DNA of 63,247 nucleotides, filler included, from Asterionella formosa (lineage: Eukaryota), in assembly GCA_002256025.1 (NCBI GenBank). It is 27 parts of 27 records of this genome, joined end to end, with 100 filler letters (N's around TTAATTAATTAA, not from the genome) between each part and the next. Parts side by side here need not be neighbours in the genome. Positions count along the whole stretch, not along the records: positions 57,246 to 58,671 come from NKIB01002485.1; positions 58,772 to 60,197 come from NKIB01002486.1; positions 60,298 to 61,722 come from NKIB01002487.1; positions 61,823 to 63,247 come from NKIB01002488.1; 23 more parts are not named here. One strand, 5' to 3'. Shown in pieces: positions 57,356 to 63,247 of this stretch (position 1 is the stretch's first letter; the number at the start of each line of letters is the position of its first letter). A model generated the notes under the pieces. The model ran no database searches. It saw only the letters and a program-made list of their open reading frames with translations, and was not told where the DNA came from. Both the position numbers and the translations under genes were made by a program.

Positions 57356-58671
57356 ATGCGTCCCTTTTCTCTTCTGATTGCTACTTCGGCTCTACTCATG
57401 AGCCACGTTGCGGTTTGCGTGGCCGAAGAGTACTCCCATGGTCTTCGCAGCTTTACTGCAGCGGCATCAGTAGACGATTCCAGGGCTGAAATAAATGAAC
57501 TACACACAGTTGATGCTCCTGAGCGTATCCTTGCTACCACCAAACCTGGCGGCTGGGTGGAACCACCATGGTGGCGACAGTATACAAAGACTTTTTCGAA
57601 GCTCCAGTTGAAAAAATGTGTTTTTCCCAATGGTGAACTCCCCGTCGAAGGCAGCGTTTGCACTGCGAAAGGCAATCGTGGCTCTTTCACGTGCATGTTT
57701 GGCACTCAAACCTGTGAGCCTACTACTGGACCACTTCCAGGTTTGGTTAGATACACAGGCAAGGGATTAGGCACGGTTCATCCGACATCAAGGTGCACAT
57801 GCCAAGATCAAAAATGGAAGTGTGGGTATTGGAACCCGTGTGCTACAACCATGTCTGGTGACTTTGGCGCCTATCCAGGCTACACTGGTATGTTGAATCC
57901 TCGTGGTAAGGTGATTGTACGTTTCAATGCTGAAGGTACCTTCCTCCTGAAACTGAGAGTTGAAGGACTTGAAGCGAACTGCTCAAACTGTGGGGTCCAC
58001 ATTCATAGTGGAACCACATGTACCGATGCATTGGCCGTGGGTCCTCACTTTTGGAACGTCAATACATTTGGTTCAGCCCCTACTGATGATCCTTGGAACA
58101 AGTTTTGCTATTACAACTCAACAAGTATGGGAAGCTCCGCAACTGTTCTGGCAGGAGATTCTGGTCTTGGATACAAGGACAATTTGGGTCGAGCTGTTGT
58201 TCTTCATTCTGCAGTAAGTTATTGCCATGGATGGATTGGACTGTTTATGATTATATTTGTTCTCACCTTTGCGAATGTTGTTGCTTTTTCTTAGACTGGA
58301 ATTCGAGTCGCATGTGCCGTGTTGAAGGCTGACAATTCTGCACTTGTCAATAAAGTATTAAAGGCAGTAGTGGGACCTTACCCTGGGTACATTGGCACCT
58401 TAGCACCACGAGGTAATGTCTTCGTGAGATTCTTTGGTGATGATACCTTCCAGTTTGCTCTCATTGCAAATGGGTTGCCTGTAAATTGTGCAAAGTGTGG
58501 TGTTCATATACATACTGGAACCACATGTGCTGTGGCTGACACGGTTGCAGGTCATTATTGGAACCCTTCGAACTACGGTACTGTTGATCCTTGGACTGTT
58601 GTCAATGGGTCTTACTACAATTCGGATGCCATTGGACATGCTGATAGGTACTTTCATTTAGATGATGGCTA
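57356..58671 (+). CDS. Secreted protein with tandem Cu/Zn-SOD-fold (Cu-only type) domains; join(57356..58213,58295..>58671)
   Basis: Signal peptide MRPFSLLIATSALLMSHVAVCVA. Domain 1: GVHIHSGTTC...GPHFWN...GRAVVLHSA|TGIRVAC. Domain 2: GVHIHTGTTC...AGHYWN. The GTAAG...TTAG intron restores the motif. Confidence 0.85.
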
Positions 58672-58950
58672 NNNNNNNNNNNNNNNNNNNNNNNNNNNNN
58701 NNNNNNNNNNNNNNNTTAATTAATTAANNNNNNNNNNNNNNNNNNNNNNNNNNNNNNNNNNNNNNNNNNNNTGTTGTTGACAACAGGCAGGGACAATGAG
58801 GTCCGGAATGAACTGTGTGTTGCTTTCTGCTGTTGCTAGTTCTATCATATACATTACTGACACACTGTTGTTATGAAAATCTCTGCAGGTCAATGAAGAA
58901 GCAAGTCATTTCAAGGACAAGAAGGAAGCCAGTGTGTGATGCATTCATGT

Positions 58951-59007
58951 TGCAACTTCGTGCAATAATGCAACTTCGTGCAATAATGCAACTTCGTGCA
59001 ATAATGC
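58951..59007. repeat. 18-bp minisatellite, three copies
   Basis: TGCAACTTCGTGCAATAA three times. Confidence 0.9.
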
Positions 59008-59317
59008 CTCTTCAAGAATGAATGATTTTTTCATTCAGAATGCATGGCTTCTGTTTGTCTTGCATTGTCCTTACAGACTTCTCATAATGCCTGCCTTCTC
59101 AAGACTGAAGATGCCATTCTGAAAGAACTGCTTCGTTTGATTGCATATCGAGATTTGTTTCCCATGTAATGTGAAATACCGGTTGTTGAATTAGTAATCA
59201 ACATTATTTGATAGTACTTTTAAAATACGTAAAAAAATTTAATAAATTACGTGAACCATATTATAGAATTACGTGAACAAAAATTTAAGGCAATGTGAAC
59301 TGAATTACAGAATTAAT

Positions 59318-59410
59318 TGAAGTATTTCAAATAATTATGTGAAGTATTTCAAATAATTATGTGAAGTATTTCAAATAATTATGTGAAGTATTTCAAATAA
59401 TTATGTGAAG
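59318..59410. repeat. 22-bp minisatellite, four copies, subterminal to a putative transposon end at 59605
   Basis: TGAAGTATTTCAAATAATTATG at 59318, 59340, 59362 and 59384. Confidence 0.92.
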
Positions 59411-59605
59411 GTGATCACGTAATATAGTGATGATCAGGAATGCATGCATGATACTCTGATCAAATAATTAACGTGATGTATTCAGATAATATATAGATAT
59501 ATTCAAGTAAGCATTTTGATGTATTCAACTAATTCATGTGATCCATTCAAAATCAACTAGGCTTATTTACGTGGTCAGTTCACGTAATACGCGGCTTAGA
59601 TGTAG

Positions 59606-60197
59606 GATTATCCAATAGGATTAAAACCTCATCAACAACCTTGTAATTGCAAGAACGACGACGGAAATTATCACGACGTAGTCATTTGTCAATTATCACT
59701 TATCGACATTGATATCCCAATATCAATTACATATCTGTAATCAAATCATGTTGGAAAACCCATGTTCCTGGTGAAAATACACAATGTACTATAAATTGTA
59801 GCTCGAGCTGCATATGATGCAACAAACTGGTATCCACAATATTCTGAACTTGAAATTCTTTGATTGGAGGATGAGCCTTTAACATAACTTGTACATAGAC
59901 TGTTTCTGATAGATTGATGTAAACGTTCACGGATAGCATTTGTTTGTGGATTCTTGACTGTAATGGTCCCAATTTTAATTCCATTCAACACTTACATGTG
60001 TCTGAAAGGAATACCAGTAAATTGACCTCCATTGTCATGTATACAACCTTCTGGACGGAGATATCTGTCTAACCAATCATTTTTAAATTTCATCGCAATA
60101 TATTCTGATGTCTTATTATCGATATGTGAAATTTCTGGTTAATTGGTGACTGTGTTAACTCAAATTGGAGCATGAAATTCAATTGCTTGTGCAGTCA
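59606..60197 (-). mobile_element. Degenerate Gypsy integrase copy
   Basis: Colinear with about 33332-33937 (TVKNPQTNAIRERLHQSI, MLKAHPPIKEFQVQNIVDT), with frameshifts. Confidence 0.88.
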
Positions 60198-60629
60198 NNN
60201 NNNNNNNNNNNNNNNNNNNNNNNNNNNNNNNNNNNNNNNNNTTAATTAATTAANNNNNNNNNNNNNNNNNNNNNNNNNNNNNNNNNNNNNNNNNNNNTGT
60301 TGCACTACTGAAACTTGAATCCATAAATGGGCATTCAACTTGTGCTTCTTGCATTTTTGCAGTATAGACTGGCTGGTGGTCGATAGGCCAAAGTGTCTGG
60401 CTTTTCATGAACATCTACAAAGTAGTGCTTTTGTCGAGGTTTGTGTCTAAATACAACTGCTGCCTGCTATATATTTAACCATTCCAGATACATCAAAGAA
60501 TACGCTCCTGTCGTCAAAGGTAAGGAACTAGTACGATGACAAAGGAAATCTAATGAGACATGAAAATTACGAAACCAGAATCAGCCACTCTGTTACTATA
60601 CATAGACAGTCTCTTGCTTCTTTGTGCAT

Positions 60630-61242
60630 ATCGCCTGCTATGCTGCGTTTCAATTCTGAATGTATTACATTCTTGTTAGAGAGACGATGTTACGGAGATG
60701 TAGATTGTGCAGTTCTATAATGGATGTTTTTTAGCTATGATTGAGGTTGTAACACTGATCGATGCTCTGCAGATGACAGACTGGCCGGATATATTCGTCT
60801 TGTGTGATGAGCCATTTCGTTTTCATTGGATTTATTTTCAAGCTCTTTATGGATTGCATGATACGAACATACTGTGCACTGTAGATGATAATTCATCTAA
60901 GACATATGGTGACTTGAATTACAAATGAAGATTTTATCACAAAACACTCGTTCCTCTCGACACGGCTGCTTTGTTGTTGTTGCAAGAATCAGAGTGAGAA
61001 CTGGAGAGGATGATGAGCCAAACCACATAACTTTAACTGGTACATTCTCCTACCAAGAAATTTAAATAAAGGAACCTAAAAGAAACAATACATATAATTT
61101 TTAAAATTCCATACTTAAAAGGTTACTATTTAAATTACGAGGACCTTTATCAAATTTATTAGATATTATAACGAAAAATTATGATCAGATGATCATAATC
61201 CTATGATGCATCATAGGATTATGATGGTTTCTATTTGCAGAC
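60630..61242 (+). mobile_element. Second terminal copy of the GTCTGCAAATA repeat family
   Basis: Ends ...CATAGGATTATGATGGTTTCTATTTGCAGAC, the reverse complement of 42658 onward. Left boundary is approximate. Confidence 0.7.
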
Positions 61243-61949
61243 GCATGAAAGCAGCAACCAAATTGGAATTCGACAAATACATTCTACATTCCACATTCAG
61301 TGTTTCACTGTTGTACTCACCAATCCGCTCTAGCTCACATAACAAGCAGAAGGCAATTGGATCTATCTCAAGTCGAAAGATCCCTGTTTCAAGCCCGAAT
61401 TGAGTAATGGTAGGCAGGATAGGGTGAGAAGTATAATTGTGAAGACGAATTTATGGCATACGTAAAATCAATAAATATGCGAAGCAAATAATTTAGTATG
61501 CTAGTCTCATAAGGATAATACCAAGTCTGCAGCGTGTATATAATAACAATGTGTTCAAAGTAAGCGTTAAAGTTTAGCTTAAACTACTATGCATGGCTGT
61601 TTTGAGTACTACGTACATATGTAGGGTAAATGACTAGAATATTCATTAAGCACATAAACAATCGGAGCAAATTCTTGCCGCCAACATCAGATAGACCAAT
61701 ATCATCATTGGTCCAAAGAAATNNNNNNNNNNNNNNNNNNNNNNNNNNNNNNNNNNNNNNNNNNNNTTAATTAATTAANNNNNNNNNNNNNNNNNNNNNN
61801 NNNNNNNNNNNNNNNNNNNNNNCATCTGTTTTCTACTAGGCGGAGTACCAGGTACCAGAGTTTACGTGGACATTCCTCTTTGTTTCATGATTTTCACGCA
61901 AGAAGACGACATGCACCATCGGAGAAATATACTGGTATACCACTTCTTA

Positions 61950-63247
61950 GGGTCGTTCTTATCATTTTTTTTCGTGTATCACGGAATTTGAATTTTTTTG
62001 AAAATGTATCAGCAACGGTAACTCGATTTGAACTGAATTTCATTCATTCCAAAAGTGTCACTGTATCACTAATTTGTGATCACATTGTATCATGGAGTAA
62101 AATGAATCTTCAACGGCAACAGGCTGGCGAAGATCATGTGTATATCCCTCCAGAATATAATGATGGTCTTGATATCAAGCAACAACAAAATATAATTACC
62201 GGGAAACTAAATATAATATTAAAAACACACATTTGCATGAATCATGTCGTCGCCATTTGATTTACTTGATGATAATGACGATGACAGTAGTGATCTTGAT
62301 TTCTTCTTCCTCTGTCATTTAACTAAGGAAGCAGAGGAAAAAGAACACTCATCCAAACGACAAAGGCGACGCTGTAAACGGCAGCTTCAGTCATCTGAAC
62401 GACGACGACAACGAAGGCACAAGTGGCACCACGAAAGAATCTCCTGGCAATCACATGTCGAGAAACTCAATCACGAGATTGCTTTCGAGAAGACATACAG
62501 AATGTCACACAGAGCATTCAAAAAACTCACCTCCATGCTGGAAATTCAGATTGCAGGGAATTATTCCAAATGTGGCACTTCTGAGCCCATAATTCCCGAA
62601 ATTGTGGTAGCCATTGGTTTGCGATGGCTGGCTGGTGGCAGTTACATCGACATTCGTCATGCCTACGGTTGTAGCATTGCTTCACTTTATCGATGTCGTG
62701 ATTTGTTCATTGATGCTGTACTAAACTGTGAAGAACTCGAAATTATTTTTCCAAAAGAAAAAGAAGAATTTATCAAATTGGCTTCCAGCTTTGAATGCAA
62801 AAGCTCAGAGGGCGTGATGAGAGGATGTGTTGGTGCTATTGACGGCTTCCTTGCCACCATCAACCGCCCGACTATAGTTGAAAGTGGCAACAACCCTGGT
62901 TCATTTTTTTCCGGTCACTACATGACTTATGGAATCAATGTCCAGGCTGTTTGTGATGCTGACTCAAGATTTATTTATTTTGGTGTAATTGCACCGGGAA
63001 AATGCAGTGACCAAGTAGCTTTTGAAAAAACTTCCATTTTCGATCAAGTTGCAGCATTCAACACAGGTTTTTATCTGGTCGGCGATGCAGCTTACACATT
63101 GTCTGATGTAATGCTTGTTCCCTTTGTTGGCTCACAACGTGATGATCCAACACAGGATACATTTAACTTTTTCCTTTCACAGCTAAGGATAAGAATAGAA
63201 ATGGCATTTGGTCTTCTTCAGACAAAATGGTGTGTTCTGAAAAAAAA
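61950..63247 (+). mobile_element. PIF/Harbinger element (copy B) with an intact HARBI1-like transposase ORF 62244..>63247
   Basis: TTA|GGGTCGTTCTTATC terminus. Uninterrupted frame with the DDE triad GAIDG / VGDAAY / RIRIEMAFGLLQTKW; absent from the ORF track because no stop is reached. Confidence 0.95.

Larger units (their letters stand above)
23496..61822. other. 26 artificial contig linkers (44 N + TTAATTAATTAA + 44 N) joining contigs of about 1.43 kb
   Basis: Identical 100-nt blocks start at 23496, 25030, 26563, 28095, 29627, 31159, 32690, 34224, 35755, 37286, 38817, 40347, 41877, 43406, 44935, 46463, 47991, 49519, 51040, 52567, 54093, 55620, 57146, 58672, 60198 and 61723. The 12-mer places stops in all six frames. 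Confidence 0.99.

Noticed and set aside
23496..61822. Regularly spaced identical TTAATTAATTAA repeats about every 1.53 kb (array-like), and ORFs ending in X-runs or LIN
   Set aside because: Artificial contig-joining linkers; the regular spacing reflects contigs of similar length, not biology or CRISPR.
23596..63247. Apparent dense transposon island or multi-gene system
   Set aside because: Adjacent pieces are separate contigs, and short contigs are enriched for repeats, so the co-location is meaningless.
1..63247. tRNA, rRNA, CRISPR arrays or prokaryotic operons
   Set aside because: None recognised by eye; the content is eukaryotic with spliceosomal introns.

Overview
Eukaryotic sequence, most likely a diatom draft assembly. 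This is inferred from compact genes, short GT-AG introns, bipartite targeting peptides and diatom-type Copia, Gypsy, Harbinger and Crypton elements. The window is a concatenation, not a contiguous locus: one contig of at least 23.5 kb (1-23495) followed by 26 unrelated contigs of about 1.43 kb, joined by 100-nt artificial linkers (44 N + TTAATTAATTAA + 44 N). Neighbourhood is therefore only meaningful within a contig. The long contig carries a Ser-rich protein, a divergent Sar1-family GTPase, importin-beta, THOC7, a class 3 lipase, a chorismate-lyase-like protein with a plastid-type presequence, an NDUFA7-like protein, a signal-peptide-bearing proteasome alpha-like protein and Ran. The short contigs are mostly transposon fragments (Copia, Gypsy, LINE, pogo, PIF/Harbinger, Crypton), tandem repeats and gene fragments. 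The strongest leads are a secreted protein with tandem Cu-only SOD-like domains, a palindromic GGTACC/ACCWGGT/ACCGGT motif concentrated upstream of genes, a probable periplastid proteasome-like subunit, a 495-bp protein-coding tandem repeat and a structured, duplicated LINE 5' UTR. All calls are by eye; no searches were run.
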